From NCBI GenBank assembly GCA_010015805.1, contig ML978124.1, forward strand, positions 1,116,001 to 1,180,000: 64,000 bases of DNA, given 5' to 3'. The notes under the pieces were generated by a model. It searched no databases. It had not been told where the DNA came from and saw only the letters and a list, made by a program, of their open reading frames with translations. Within the stretch, counting starts at the first letter, position 1. Each line of letters opens with the position of its first letter. This document shows, piece after piece, positions 23,855 to 36,063 of this stretch. Position numbers and translations under genes: made by a program. The DNA comes from Rhizodiscina lignyota. Lineage: Eukaryota.

Positions 23855-24952
23855 ATGGCATCAAACTACATCTGCCGGACATGTACCCGCCTTCTCCGCC
23901 GCCAACGCCCTTTCCACGCCCCTCTAACCCACCCCCGAACCTACTCAGCTCAGTCCGCAGCGACCAAGCCCTCCGAATCCATACACCACCGACAGCACGA
24001 AGAGCAGCCTCCCCAGCCTAAAAGTCCTGCAGAGGAAGCCAGCGCGTCGGAAGTCGCGCAAGAGATGGGACGAATCGCAAGACCTAACCGGACGATTGCA
24101 GAGCAAATCGCGCTGGATGTAAGGAGACGCTACGGCAGCACGACGGAGACATACGTCGCGTACGGGGGGACAGAGGAGCTATACAAGGAGTGCGCGATGC
24201 AGGCGGACTACACCGTTCCCCAAGCAGCAGAGGAAGGGGTAGAGATCCCGAAGAACAAGTACGGCGAAGATGTCGGGGTTAGCGAGAGCTGGTGGTATAA
24301 AGGCATGCATCCATTCACCCCCACAACTCATTTCATACCTCTCCTGCATGATCATCTAGTTACCTAAGGCGTCCGTAATGCTGACTGGCGAACTGGGGAG
24401 ACAGACCTGGGCCTCCAACCCACATTCTCCACCTGGGCGCAGATCACCATGCTGCACATGTACCTCCTCACCACGCGCTTCCGCCTCTTCCCCGCCGACC
24501 ACGTGCAGAAATGGAACCAGCACTTGACCGACCACTTCTTCTTCCACGCCGAGACGCGCATGGAGACGCTGCACCGCATCACGGCGCGGCAGATCCGCAA
24601 CGCGTACCTGAAGGACCTGTTCGTGCAGTGGCGCGGGCTGACCGCGGCGTACGACGAAGGCTTGGTGCGCGGGGACGCGGCGCTCGCGGGCGCGGTGTGG
24701 CGGAACGTGTGGAAGGCTGCGGGGAACGAGACGCTTGGGAGGGGCGAGGTGAAGAGGGAGGAGGAGGTGGATTGGGTGGGGGTTGCGATGGTGGTGAGTT
24801 GGATGAGGAGGGAGGTGCAGAGGTTGGATGGGATGGTGGATGAGCAGGTTACGAGTGGCCAGGTGGGGTGGGACAGTCCGGAGGGGGAGAAGAGTCAGGT
24901 GCTGATGGAGCACCGACTGATGAGTGAGCCGTTTGAGGAGGATGGGCGGTAG
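23855..24952 (+). CDS. CBP3: Cbp3, mitochondrial cytochrome bc1 assembly chaperone (exons 23855-24302, 24405-24952; GC-AG intron)
   Basis: Arg-rich mitochondrial-type presequence. The spliced core reads WWYK|DLGLQPTFSTWAQITMLHMYLL...YLKDLFVQWRG...YDEGLVRGDAALAGAVWRN. Confidence 0.9.
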
Positions 24953-25937
24953 GGACGGGGAGGCGTGAAGGGGTGGATATGTACGATACGGTGTAAAAAG
25001 TTGGCCTGGAATGTTGTTCGACACACCACTTATGTAAGAAGCACTGTACATTGCATAGACGCGGCGCAATTGAAGCATAATGTCCTTCTATTCGATTGTG
25101 GGGACAGGTTACCTAGGCTTTGATCTCGATGCTTGCTTTGCCATATCATCCTCACCCTTAAACCCTCCAGTCAGCTTGTTTGTTTTGGACAAAAGACAGG
25201 AAAGAAAATCTTTCGTGAAAAAAGTCAGGCCACCATGATAGTCCTCCACCCATACCTCGATCTCCCGTGCAAAGGTTACTTCAAAACAAATGAGAAACAG
25301 AAAGAGGTGTGACATTTCGTCAGACTAAAAGAACCCAAGCTACCTATCCAACCCCCCTTAGCGAAAATCCCCACGAGCAGAGCAGAGCAGGCAGAGGCAG
25401 GAACGAGGCAAATCCCCAAAGCCGACAATGATACCTTGATCCCACAGCAAGCATGCCGAAAAAAGGTGGACATAAAAGCACAGCAGCAGCAGCAAGAGCA
25501 ACAGAAGCCCGCGCCGAGCCCAGCCCTTCACAGGCCCGCATCAAAGGCAAAAGCTTCGGTCGACGTCGTGGCTACAGTGGCCACGTAGTGAAAGAGGTTT
25601 TACGTGTATTTTTTGGCGACCGAATCCCGAACTTGACCCATCCCTTAAAATCACAGTGTGCAGTGAGGAAAAAAGGGTTTCAAAGACAAGTGTTTACAGC
25701 GAATGTGGAGAAGAGCAAAAAAGATTCGTGGCGGCTGATGCAAGGTATTTTTGGGAGCCCACATGGAACGCCGAAACAACAAACTGTAGCCGAACGGGAA
25801 TGAAAGCCGGATTGTGCGCCGGTGAAAGTTGGGGAATTGTGTCGCTGAAAGCATAGAGCAGTGCTGCTCCTGTGCCGTCTATGTCAAGCTCGTGACCGTG
25901 TACGTTGCTCTCGGATACGCGTGGGAACGCTCAACTC

Positions 25938-28900
25938 TTAGCGCTGCACATTGTTAGTTGAAGTTCAAACTTCCGGTGAAGCGAGACACTCACCCTGCCT
26001 CTCCTCATACCACCAGCTTGCTGCGCCTGTGGCTGCATTCCCATGTATCCTCCACCCATTCCGTACTGCTGCGGGCTCCACATCTGCTGACCAGGCATCT
26101 GGCCTGGCATCTGACCAGCCATCATTGGGCTGAATCCAGGGGCGCCATAGCCACTCTGTGGCGTCATCGCCATTGGGCTTCCAGCCATTGGGCTGCCTGC
26201 CATGGCCCTATAGGCGTCCATCTGCGGCGATGGAGTGCCAACACCGAACCCATTCATGCCATTGACGTTAACGTTGAGAGGCGGGTAGAAGTTCTGGCGA
26301 CCATTCTGCGCCATCATAGCCTGCTGGTACTGCATTTGCTGGGGCGTCATGCCTGGCATCGGCATACCCATACCCGGTCCAGCAGTTGGGGATGGTGTAT
26401 ACGTCATTGGCGATGGGACATTATTCATGCCGTTCATGTTAACGTTGACATTGAGCGGATAGTTGTCGAACGTAGAACCACTGTCCATGCTGTTAGTGCG
26501 CTGGAGGCCAGTCGCGGGATCAAAACCGCCTGCAGAGGACGGTCCCATGGGATAGAAAGGTCGGTTCATCGAGGTGTCAAGATGTGGCTGAGGAAGAGGG
26601 CCGTTCATGTTGCCATGCTTGGACATCGGTCGTGGGCTTTGATCTCTTGGAGCAGAGTCACGAACGCCACCGACACCGCCGATGCGAGTGGACAGACCAA
26701 CTTCATCCATCAACCTCTTGTAACCCTGCTGAGGCTGAGCCTTGATCTTCAGGAGCACATTTCGAACGTTGGTGACCACGTCATTGCGGATCTTCTCATC
26801 AAAGAATGGCGTCGTAAGAACCTTGAAGATCAGCGTGGCACCGCAGGCTTGGTCAGACAGGATCTCCGTTAGGACCTTGTCGCCTTCGCTGAAGAAGAGA
26901 GCTTGCAAGATGGCGTCCCTGGCCTCTGGCTCGTTGCGTTGATTGATAATCTTCAACACGGTAAGGTAAGCGACCTTGTGGGTACAGAGATGGACCAAGT
27001 GTGGCACAAGGCGAGGAGCTAGGACAGATCGGCGGCGAGGGAAGGTGCAAGTGTCCAGGAACCAGGTCAAGAGGAGCGCACCGTTCGCATTGGTAGCGAG
27101 CTGAACGCTGTGGAGAGCAATCGTAGCTGCGATCATACGCTGCTGGTCCTTTGTAGCGTAGTGGCTCTCCAAGCAAGCTCGCATAGCACGAGCGCCGAAG
27201 CGGCCTTGTGCCAGGTCCCAGAGGTTGCAGAGCATCGTGTCGAAGATGAAGTTGTTGAGAGGGAACTGGTAGCGAAGACAGCCTTGCATGACGTAGTTGC
27301 CGAACTGGTCGAGGAAGAGAGCAACACTATACGGCCTGAGAGATTCAACAACCATGGACATGAGCGCCGGAGTCCTCGCCACATCGATGATCTTCTGCGC
27401 CGCCCAAGTTCCGTTCTTGTGCACGCCAATCTCAGCCAGGTGCGGTGCAATCTCGTTCAACATTGCTTCCTTAACCTCCTCGCTGCAGTATTCAAACAGC
27501 TTCTGCACAACGGTATTGCCCAGGTAGTCGGATGAGAGCTCTGCAATTTCCGGAAGCATACTCATTGCCACATCCTCAATCTCAGCTGCTGTGCAGGTGT
27601 TATTGTCGATGCGCTTGCGGATGTCTCGCAGACGTGGAGCATCATGCATGCGGTTGTGGTTCGGTTCGGGCACTGAAGGAATCTCTGAAGCATAGCTGTT
27701 GTACTGCACCGCAAGCTCGACAGTTTGCGCAATCCGCATCTGTTCTTCATCGGTAGCACCAAGCTCCTTGACAATTTCCACAATCTCTCCCTGAATGTCA
27801 ATGAGAGCCGGAGTCTGCGGAAGGGCTGACGAAGGTTCCACTGGGCTACTACTGCTCTGTCCAAGTGCATTCTCTGATGCCTGAGCCTCGCCTTCGCCTT
27901 GCGTGGCCTTCGCAGTTGGGTCAGGGCTTGGAGACGGGTATAGACCATTGTTTCCAGGCGTGCCAGAGGCGCTCGGAACCTTGGCATAACCGATTCTGAT
28001 CGGGCCAGCTCCGGGAAAGATTTCCTTGCCGTTCAGCTGAGAGCGAGCGCGAATCGCACTATCGAGGTTCTCAAAGTTGACGAAACCGCAGTTCTTGTGC
28101 GTCAGGACACGTGTCGACTCGATGGTGCCAAAGTTGCCGAAAATGACATTGAGGGACGAGACGGTTGTCGAGGATGGGATATTGCCTAGCCAAAGAGCTC
28201 GAGTAGGAGATTCTGCGTTGTGCTCATCGCCAGAACCTTCACCTTTCGTCGCTCCCCCGAGCTGCAAACCTTGAACAGCCTCTGTGAGGCCGCTGTACTC
28301 CGCCTCTTCAGCCAAATCGCCAGCTGTCATGCTCGAATCGAGGCGAGAAGAACTTGGCATGTAGCTTCTCATCAGACGGGTCGAGGGGGACTCGAGGACA
28401 CCGGCAGTTCTTGCTCTTGGTCGGCTGACGCTCGCAAAGTTGGCGAAAGCCTGGACATCGAGATTGTGTTGACGCACTGCCTCTTGGATGGCAGCGTATG
28501 AGTGTGCGCTCGTCTCTGCTGATGGGGTGATGGAGCCACTGTAGTTGCCATATCCACCAGGCATCTGGCCCATGCCTGCATCTTCATCGTCGGCGTACTT
28601 CTCCTTAGCATTGACAGAATAGGATCTGAAGCGGTTTGCATTCTTGAGGGCAACCATGTCTGCGATGTTGGCGTTCCTTTGGCTCTCCAGGAGCATCTCA
28701 ACAGTTGAGGGCGCGAGGGTGGCACGGCTTTGCTGCGGAGTGTCCACAAGACCAAGATAATCCAAGGTCTTAACGTCGCCGTCTGCGAGGGAATCGCGAG
28801 AAAAGGAAGACTGCGCAGGTGACGAAGGTCCATCAGAGGAGCGAATGCTGGCTAAGGTATTACTGCGATCGCGGCTACTCGACCAGGCAGATGAAAACAG

Positions 28901-29669
28901 AGATGAACCAAATGGATTATTCGCTTGTGGGATGAGAGTTGCACGTTGTTGCGGCATCGATCCCGCACGTAAGCGAGACAAGAGCGCAGAATTTGCAGCT
29001 GCGGCCGTTGAGCTGGATGGAGGGAAACCGGGGGCCTCGGTTGGTGTGTGCGAACCAGGTTTGAAGGGACTCGTTGAAGGGGTTGGACGCGACGTCTTTG
29101 GCAGAAGTGACGATGGAACGTTGAGCTGATTCAAGCCAGTCGTGGGAGAGAATCGTGACGGAAGAGTCCCAGCGCGAGCTCTGCGACCAGAACTGGGAAT
29201 TGCTCCCGTCTCAACAGGAGCACCCTGGTTGAAGTCTGGGAAGCTGTCGCCAGTTGGAGACTCCGGAATGGTCTCGCGCAGAGGGGTAGAGTTGCCGCTG
29301 GTTGGAGGGCCCCACACTTGTGGAGAGAGGCCCTCTTGTGCCTGGATTTCGCGAGCACTGCATCTTTAAATTAGTAAAACATTGTTTCGTCTTTTGTGAT
29401 ATTAAAATCGCTCACCGTTTCGAATAAAGTCTTCCTCCTCCACCAAATTCGTGCGACGGGGAGCCCGCATTGATGCGCGTCGATGCTGTAGAATTGGCGT
29501 TCATGGTGGGCAGATTACCAAAAGGAGACTTGATAGAATTTCCAGATGGTGGTTCTATTGGGGAAGTTGCGGCTGTGGACGAGCCTGATCGAGGCAGCGT
29601 CGGACTTGGGCCCAGCTGAGGCAGATAGCTGAGATTGATGTTGTGTTCAGGCCGTGAGGACGGACCCAT
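25938..29669 (-). CDS. JSN1: JSN1/Puf1-like RNA-binding protein (RRM + Pumilio repeats); exons 29669-29416, 29357-25994, 25943-25938
   Basis: RRM TRALWLGNIP...KNCGFVNF. PUF repeats SDYLGNTVVQKL, HKNGTWAAQKI, DQFGNYVMQGCL, GRFGARAMRAC and NANGALLLTW. Met/Gly/Gln-rich C-terminus and canonical introns. Confidence 0.9.
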
Positions 29670-31552
29670 TACGCATTACAGCTCCCGAGACTTCCAAGCG
29701 ATGTTATATGTACGGCCTCCAGGGAAAGGGTGCCCGATTGGAGGAACTTGGAAGGCTGGAGGATAAGAGTTGTGGGGCTGCAAAGGAGTGTGAAGGCTCT
29801 TGTCAAGACCTTTGGACAGTGACAACAGTTGTTTTATTGAAGAGAAGTCTTCTCCACGTTTCGATAGACCCCAAATTCTTCCAGACCTGCTGACTTGGTG
29901 GGGTTCCGCGGAGCAAAGGAGTTGACGGAATCAAGTGAAGCCGCCCAGTGAAAACCTCAGCAAGCCAAATACCATCGGCAGTCAAAGTCGCGTGTAGAGT
30001 GAAGAGGCACGCCGACAGTGCGGTCAGAAGGTGGTCTGTAGGGACTCGAGCGGTGGTGACCCCTGACAAGCAGAAGGCGTATTACGAATACCAAAGGGCT
30101 CGATGCTGGCGCGAAAACGGAGGAGATATGTTCAAGGAGTGACTCGAGGCGTTCGACGCTACGTGCCTACGACGGGAGGGCTGGAGGTATGCGATGGAGG
30201 AGGTGGATTGCGGCGGTGATTATCGACACACTCGTTCTCGGCGGACAATAGACAGGACCGGCAGGGACGCGGACCCGGAGAAGAAAAGAAAACGGATTAC
30301 TGCCACGCCGAGGGCGAGCTTAGCATGCCCGAAGAAAGGAAGGAAGGGGGAGGAAGGACGAGAAAGCAGTCAGTGTGCGGAGGATGTGCGATGATATGGG
30401 AGCGTCGAGAGGTGCGAGGTGCCTTTCTTCAGTGGTAGTGGCGCGCGGATTGGGCAGGGGTGGCTTTTTTGCTAAGGGCGCATCTAACTAAGGGACCCCG
30501 GGGCAGCAGGGCAGCGGCGAGTGACGGCATGCGGCAGCAAGAGGCAAATCTTCCCTCCAATTTTCTGGCCTCTCCAGGAGCAGGCACGGGGTATTACGCG
30601 CAATCACTCTATCGCGCTGACTTTGCGCATAGCGACGTGGGATTCAGTATACAGCTTCGCAGCGCAGTTCTCGTCCAAGGCGTGCGCGGGCGGGCCGCCA
30701 TTGGCTGCGCCGGGAGCCCCTATCACACATGAAACATCGTAGAAGCGCTATGGGCCATGCCTGATGCTGACAGCGAAGGACCAGCCTCCAGGCAGACTCT
30801 GGGGAGTGGCACGCTGTCGTTTGCTCGTCCCGGCCCACTCGTCCCACGGCGTTTCCAGCTTTTGTGGTTCCTGTCTCAGGCTGGCCCAGGGATTCTTGAC
30901 GCTCTACTGTCAAGGACCAGAGCTGCCCACACTGTGCAACCTGCAGGCCTCGCCGTGGGTGTCTCGTGCTGTGCCCCGAACTGTATGCTGCAGGCACTTC
31001 AGCGCGTGAGATACGGGGACAGCTTGGGGTCGCTGGAGTCGCTGTGTTTCTCCGCTGACGATGCACTTTATGCCGTTGCCATTTGCACCTTCAGCCGCTG
31101 CAGGTCCCAGAGGATGTTCTTTAACATGCGCACGTGATTGGCCAAGACTTCATCAACACCAAACCCGCGAAACACTCGCCGAATCGCACCGGATCGCTGC
31201 AATTTCCTCTCCACCTGCCTAAAGCGATCTGCAGCACCCGAGCGCACGTGAGCGGAAGTATTCTGGGCCTCCGCTCCGCTATCCGTGCCGAGGCAGCACT
31301 AGTACGATTCGAGCCGTCGAACATTTGTCCCACACGTCGATACCTTGCATTACGCGCGCCTCCACACGTCAAACACGCTTAATCGCTCATGAATTGGTCG
31401 CCGAGGGTCAAACTTAGCATCCATCTTGCCGGATGTGCGCGCTCTATCCTCCTAGCACACAACAACAGTCTGGCGCATAGCAACATCAACCAAATAGGGC
31501 ATGCAATAGTCTAGATTTCCTGATCGGTAGCGCAAACGCTGAGACACGCACC

Positions 31553-33595
31553 ATGGCGGACGCTGCGGGGGATACAGAGATGGACACGACACCACAGGTT
31601 GAGGAAGAGGTGGTCGCTGAAGATGCAGCAACCGAGGAAGGCAGGGAGGGGTCTGATGGAGAGTCGGTGGAGGAGCCAGAGGAGCCGTCCATGGTGGTGA
31701 CGCGCGAGAGACGCAGTAATGCAGGCAGAAATTTGCAGAAGCTACTCTTGCAAGCCGCGGCCGAGGATGAAGAAAAGGATGAAATCGCCGAAATCTTCCA
31801 AGAAACGGCAGACGACGAGGAATTCTCTGGGACAGAGGCGGAAGATGCAGGCGACGTGTCTCTAGAATCCTCGAGCGATGAAGATGAGGACAATGAAGGG
31901 GAGGAAGACCAGGGAGAGAAGGAGCTCAAGAAACAGGAGCGATCAGATCAAAGGTCGAAGGGAAAGAAGCGCAAGACTATGGCTATGATGTACAAGCCTC
32001 GACCGCTGAAGAGACCTCGAATCGAAGTATCTGTATCCGACAATACCCCTCGAGACTCGACCGAGCCTACTGCGCGCCCGAAGAAGAAATCAGAACGCGT
32101 CTCATGGATCCCCACGCCCGAAGAAGGTCCAACGCGCATGTCTCAGCGCAGACTGGCCGTCGAGAACAAGGCGAGGACACATGAGAGGCTAAAAGAGAAA
32201 GAACAACACCGCCTACGGACTCTAGCGGTCATGAAGGCGGCTGATCAGAGGAAGGAGGCAAACAAACCGAAAGCCTTGACCCAAGAAGACCGATTGAGAG
32301 AAGCCGCAAAAATCGAGGCGAAGAATTCAAAGACCTTGACACGGTGGGAAGAAAGCGAGCGGAAAAAAGAACAAGAGCGCAAGGAAAGAGAAGCTGCTGG
32401 AAGAAAGCACAATATTGATGGACCATTCGTCAGGTACTACAGCGGCCCGGGCTTTTGGTTTGGTGATAAGCTGTTCAAGGACGGGTACAAGCTAGCATTC
32501 AGAGACAGGAAGGTCGAAGAGGTCGAGGAAGAGGCCGAGGAGGAAAAGGAACCCGCCTCGTTCGTCGAAAAGTTACAAGTAGTCGAGGAAGGATATAACA
32601 AGAAGGAACAGAAAAAATTCCTACTGGCAAGGAAGAAAGAAGAGAAGGAAAGGAAGGAGAGGGAAGAGGCTGCTGCTGCTGCCGCTGCCGCTCCTGTAAA
32701 TGAGCCTCCAATTGCAAAGCCAGGAGAAGTGTTGGCTCAAACTCCAGCACCTCCTGCTGCTCCTGCTACAACTGCTACTCCTCAAGTCTCTCAGCCACCG
32801 CAGAGCGCAATCGATCCTAATTTGCCACCGACATATCCCAACTCCATCATGTTCCCACCACCTCAGGCTCCCGGTCTTCTAGATGGTATCCACTACTGGG
32901 CCTCACTTCCCGGTGACAAGCTGCCAGAGGAGACCAATTCATCAATAAACGGCCAACCTCCACAGCCACAGTCTTTCGCACACCCCACCGGCCCTGTCGT
33001 GGATCCATCCTTCTTCAACCCTCTCGAGACCGCTCCTGCGAGCGCACCAGCACCGCTATCAAAACCAGCACCTCAACCAGCACCCGCATTCCCACCCGCA
33101 CTATTTCCCGAACCGGTACCAGCCCCTCCGCCCATGGAGCCGCCTCCATACCTCCACGCCTCCCTCGCAATGCGCACTCTCATCCACTTGGAAGCCTTCG
33201 ACACCATAGCCCACCCCGACGCGGAAGCGCCTACTACCACCCGCACCCGTAAAAAGGATGCCGAGGCTAACAACGTCCTCAACGTCCTCCTCCCCCACAA
33301 CATCCACGCCGCGCCTGGCGTCGTCGTGCGCAGCAAGTACGCCGCCGTGCGGACGCCACAGGTATGCGAGATTACCTCTCGGCCTGCGAGATACAGGGAT
33401 CCGGCGACGGGACTGGCGTACGCCGATGGATATGCGTATAAGTGTATTCAGAGGCTTGTCAAGGGTGGTTGTCAGTGGAGTGGGTTGTTGGGTTGCTTTG
33501 TGGGTACGGTGGGAGAGCCGATGTTTGGGAGGGCGGCGGTGGGTGTGCCAGATGTTTTTGTTAGGAGGACTGAGGAGAATTCTAATGCTCTTTGA
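31553..33595 (+). CDS. VPS72: Vps72/Swc2/YL1, SWR1 complex subunit
   Basis: N-terminal RERRSNAGRNLQKLL plus an acidic tract, LTQEDRLREAAKIEAKNSKTL, and a YL1_C domain CEITSRPARYRDPATGLAYADGYAYK. Confidence 0.9.
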   Translation: MADAAGDTEMDTTPQVEEEVVAEDAATEEGREGSDGESVEEPEEPSMVVTRERRSNAGRNLQKLLLQAAAEDEEKDEIAEIFQETADDEEFSGTEAEDAGDVSLESSSDEDEDNEGEEDQGEKELKKQERSDQRSKGKKRKTMAMMYKPRPLKRPRIEVSVSDNTPRDSTEPTARPKKKSERVSWIPTPEEGPTRMSQRRLAVENKARTHERLKEKEQHRLRTLAVMKAADQRKEANKPKALTQEDRLREAAKIEAKNSKTLTRWEESERKKEQERKEREAAGRKHNIDGPFVRYYSGPGFWFGDKLFKDGYKLAFRDRKVEEVEEEAEEEKEPASFVEKLQVVEEGYNKKEQKKFLLARKKEEKERKEREEAAAAAAAAPVNEPPIAKPGEVLAQTPAPPAAPATTATPQVSQPPQSAIDPNLPPTYPNSIMFPPPQAPGLLDGIHYWASLPGDKLPEETNSSINGQPPQPQSFAHPTGPVVDPSFFNPLETAPASAPAPLSKPAPQPAPAFPPALFPEPVPAPPPMEPPPYLHASLAMRTLIHLEAFDTIAHPDAEAPTTTRTRKKDAEANNVLNVLLPHNIHAAPGVVVRSKYAAVRTPQVCEITSRPARYRDPATGLAYADGYAYKCIQRLVKGGCQWSGLLGCFVGTVGEPMFGRAAVGVPDVFVRRTEENSNAL

Positions 33596-33908
33596 AGGGA
33601 GTATGCATCGGGGATGGTGTGCCTGGTCTTTTGAATCAAGAACTGCATTAAATGGTCTGGAGCCATATTGTTCCTCATCACTTCACACTCAGCATAGCGA
33701 CGATATGAATCATCAATATCAAATGAGATATGCACAATGTGTTTTATTGTGCAATATGAAAGCATCTAGCATGTAGACACTCTAAACGCCATGATGTGTC
33801 TCCCCCACCAGAACGAGGCAAGATGCAAGAGTACACGAGATGCAAATATCAATCTCCATCCACTGCAAAGCTGTGACTTGTCGAGACCCCTCGCTACATG
33901 CCAGCAGT

Positions 33909-34498
33909 TTATTTCTCCTTCTTCGCCTTGCCGCCCTTCGTCTTCGCCGTGCCGCGGAACTCCTTCGATCGGTTCTTGCGTTGCTTGCCTGTTGGAGATA
34001 TGTCAGTCATCAGTCTTCATCATATCCATCAAAACATCAAATAGACGCCCCGCAAGCATCTATCCATCCAATTAGCATCAAGAGAATAAACATACGCTGC
34101 TGTCTCGACGCCTTCTCAATCTTCTGCGCCATGCCCACTCTAATCAGCCTGTATCTCGGCTCAAACTTCTTCATCGCCTCGTTCGAGTCGTAGATCAGCG
34201 CGAAGCCGGTACTCTTGCCGCCACCGAATTGAGTGCGGAAGCCGAACACGCTGACGGTGTCCTTGTTCGTCTTGTACAGCTCGGAGAGTTTGTCGCGCAG
34301 CTCGTCCTTCGAGACGTTCGGGCGGTTCGGGTGCAGGACGTCACTATTTAGGAACGAGTTGTTAGATACAGGCCCATTGGGAAACGGGTGGGATGGGAAG
34401 AGAAGAGGAAGGAAAACTCACACGACCATCTGCTTGCGCCCGAGCAGTGGGTTGCGGATGAATTTGCGCGTGCGCAGCGTCACCTGCGATTCAGCCAT
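33909..34498 (-). CDS. RPS24: 40S ribosomal protein S24 (eS24); exons 34498-34422, 34343-34096, 33988-33909
   Basis: [38 protein letters not shown]...[21 protein letters not shown]...[17 protein letters not shown]. Confidence 0.97.
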
Positions 34499-34794
34499 CT
34501 TGAGGAGCTTGTGGGTGGGCCTGGAAATGGAGAGTCAGAGTCGATGTTCGTAGTGGTTGTACTCCGAGTCTCTGAGGACTGAGCGCTGCTTTACGTACTC
34601 TGATGACTGGTATTGAGGTATTTGGTGGTGCTGTCTGCGGCGGCTGCTCTCGATATTGGTGTGGAGGTTCAAAAAGTCGGGCTTGGCATTGTGTGCGCCA
34701 GATCTGCCGAATATCAACCGATAGCATTTCCGCTGCTAACCTTGCCTTGCTTAGGGACTTTAGCGGCAGCCAAACGCATTCCTTTTCCCTTAAT

Positions 34795-36063
34795 ATGGCT
34801 TCAGAGCTAATACCAAGATTCAAAAACCAATATATTCAACAAGTGAATGTGCAGGAGTTAGACTGGCCTCGTCCAGAGCTCTTACGGCTGGACAGAGTTC
34901 AGCAAGAATTGTGGAAGACAATCTTCAGCCCGGACGCCTTACAATATCCACCGCCGGAGAGGTATGAAGCGCGTGTCCTGAAGGAGTTGGTGAAGAAGAT
35001 AGAAGGATCTCTTGTTGCTCCAGATGAAGATGTAGGTCTTCAAGAGATGCCTTACAATTGACTCTTCTTCGTGTCTGTGAACATAATTCTCACTCAGTTT
35101 TTTTCTCTCTCAGAACTTCTAATAATATAAAATGTTCCGTCTTGCTGATGTCGATATTCTCGTATATCAGGATATCCTGGACGAACTCCTTTCTCACTTG
35201 GCCTCATTACTCTCCAATGCAAATCCATCCGAAGCTGTCGCAGCACAGCAAAAGTCCTACGTCACTTACACGTTCCCCGGAAACGACATCTCCTCAGCAT
35301 CTCCTCAGCATATAACGCTCCTAGAAAACCGCACACTCCTCTTCGCAGCCGGAACAACTGGCCTCCGCACGTGGGAAGACGCCCTTCATCTCGGCTCATA
35401 CCTCACCTCTTCTCACGGCAGAGCTCTCGTTGAGGGCAAAAACGTTCTGGAACTCGGCGCTGGCACAGGCCTCCTCTCAATCTTATCGGCGCGCCATCTC
35501 GGCGCAAAGCATGTCCTCGCAACCGACGGAGATGCCAGCGTCGTCGAGTCCATCAAGTCGAACTTCTTCCTGAACGCGCTGGACACTCGTGCGAACGTCG
35601 AATGCGCGATTCTCAGATGGGGCACGTATTTAGGTGGGATGGACCACGAAGGCGTGATGAGCGGGATGTTTGATGTTATTCTTGGCGCGGACATTGTGAG
35701 GCATTTTTTCACTGTGCCAATATGGCATGGTAATTGCGCGATTTTATTGACACATCGCAGACTTATGACGCGAAGTTCTTTCCCGGGTTGGTGTCGACGT
35801 TTGAAGACCTGCTGGAGCTGCGGCCGAGTGCGACAATTATCATCTCGGCGATTGTGAGGAACGAGAAGACATCGGAGGAGTTTGTGGGGAGGTGCCGTGA
35901 GTGGTTTTCTTCATGCGTGATATATGGCTGCTGATATGCCCTGGTAGGGGCCAGGAAGTTTCATGTGGAAGATATTCCATTTGAGAGGGAACCACCAAGC
36001 ACAACATTAGGACCATTCTACTCCGACGCCGTTCCAATTCGAATTATGCGCATCACGAAATGA
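34795..36063 (+). CDS. EFM3: Efm3/FAM86A-like protein-lysine methyltransferase (exons 34795-35031, 35171-35695, 35761-35896, 35948-36063)
   Basis: FAM86-type YPPPERYEARVLKEL, GTTGLRTWEDALHL, SAM motif VLELGAGTG, ATDGD and ILGADI|TYD. The exons join in phase. Confidence 0.82.

Noticed and set aside
24356..25078. 240-aa minus-strand His/Pro/Leu-rich ORF
   Set aside because: Antisense to the G-rich CBP3 exon 2; the composition is explained by the skew.
25958..26872. 304-aa plus-strand ORF
   Set aside because: Antisense shadow of the JSN1/PUF coding region, with no recognisable protein features.
33989..34095. Possible C/D snoRNA in RPS24 intron 2 (ATGATGA and CTGA on the minus strand)
   Set aside because: The boxes are only a few bases apart and overlap the branch-site region, leaving no room for a guide.
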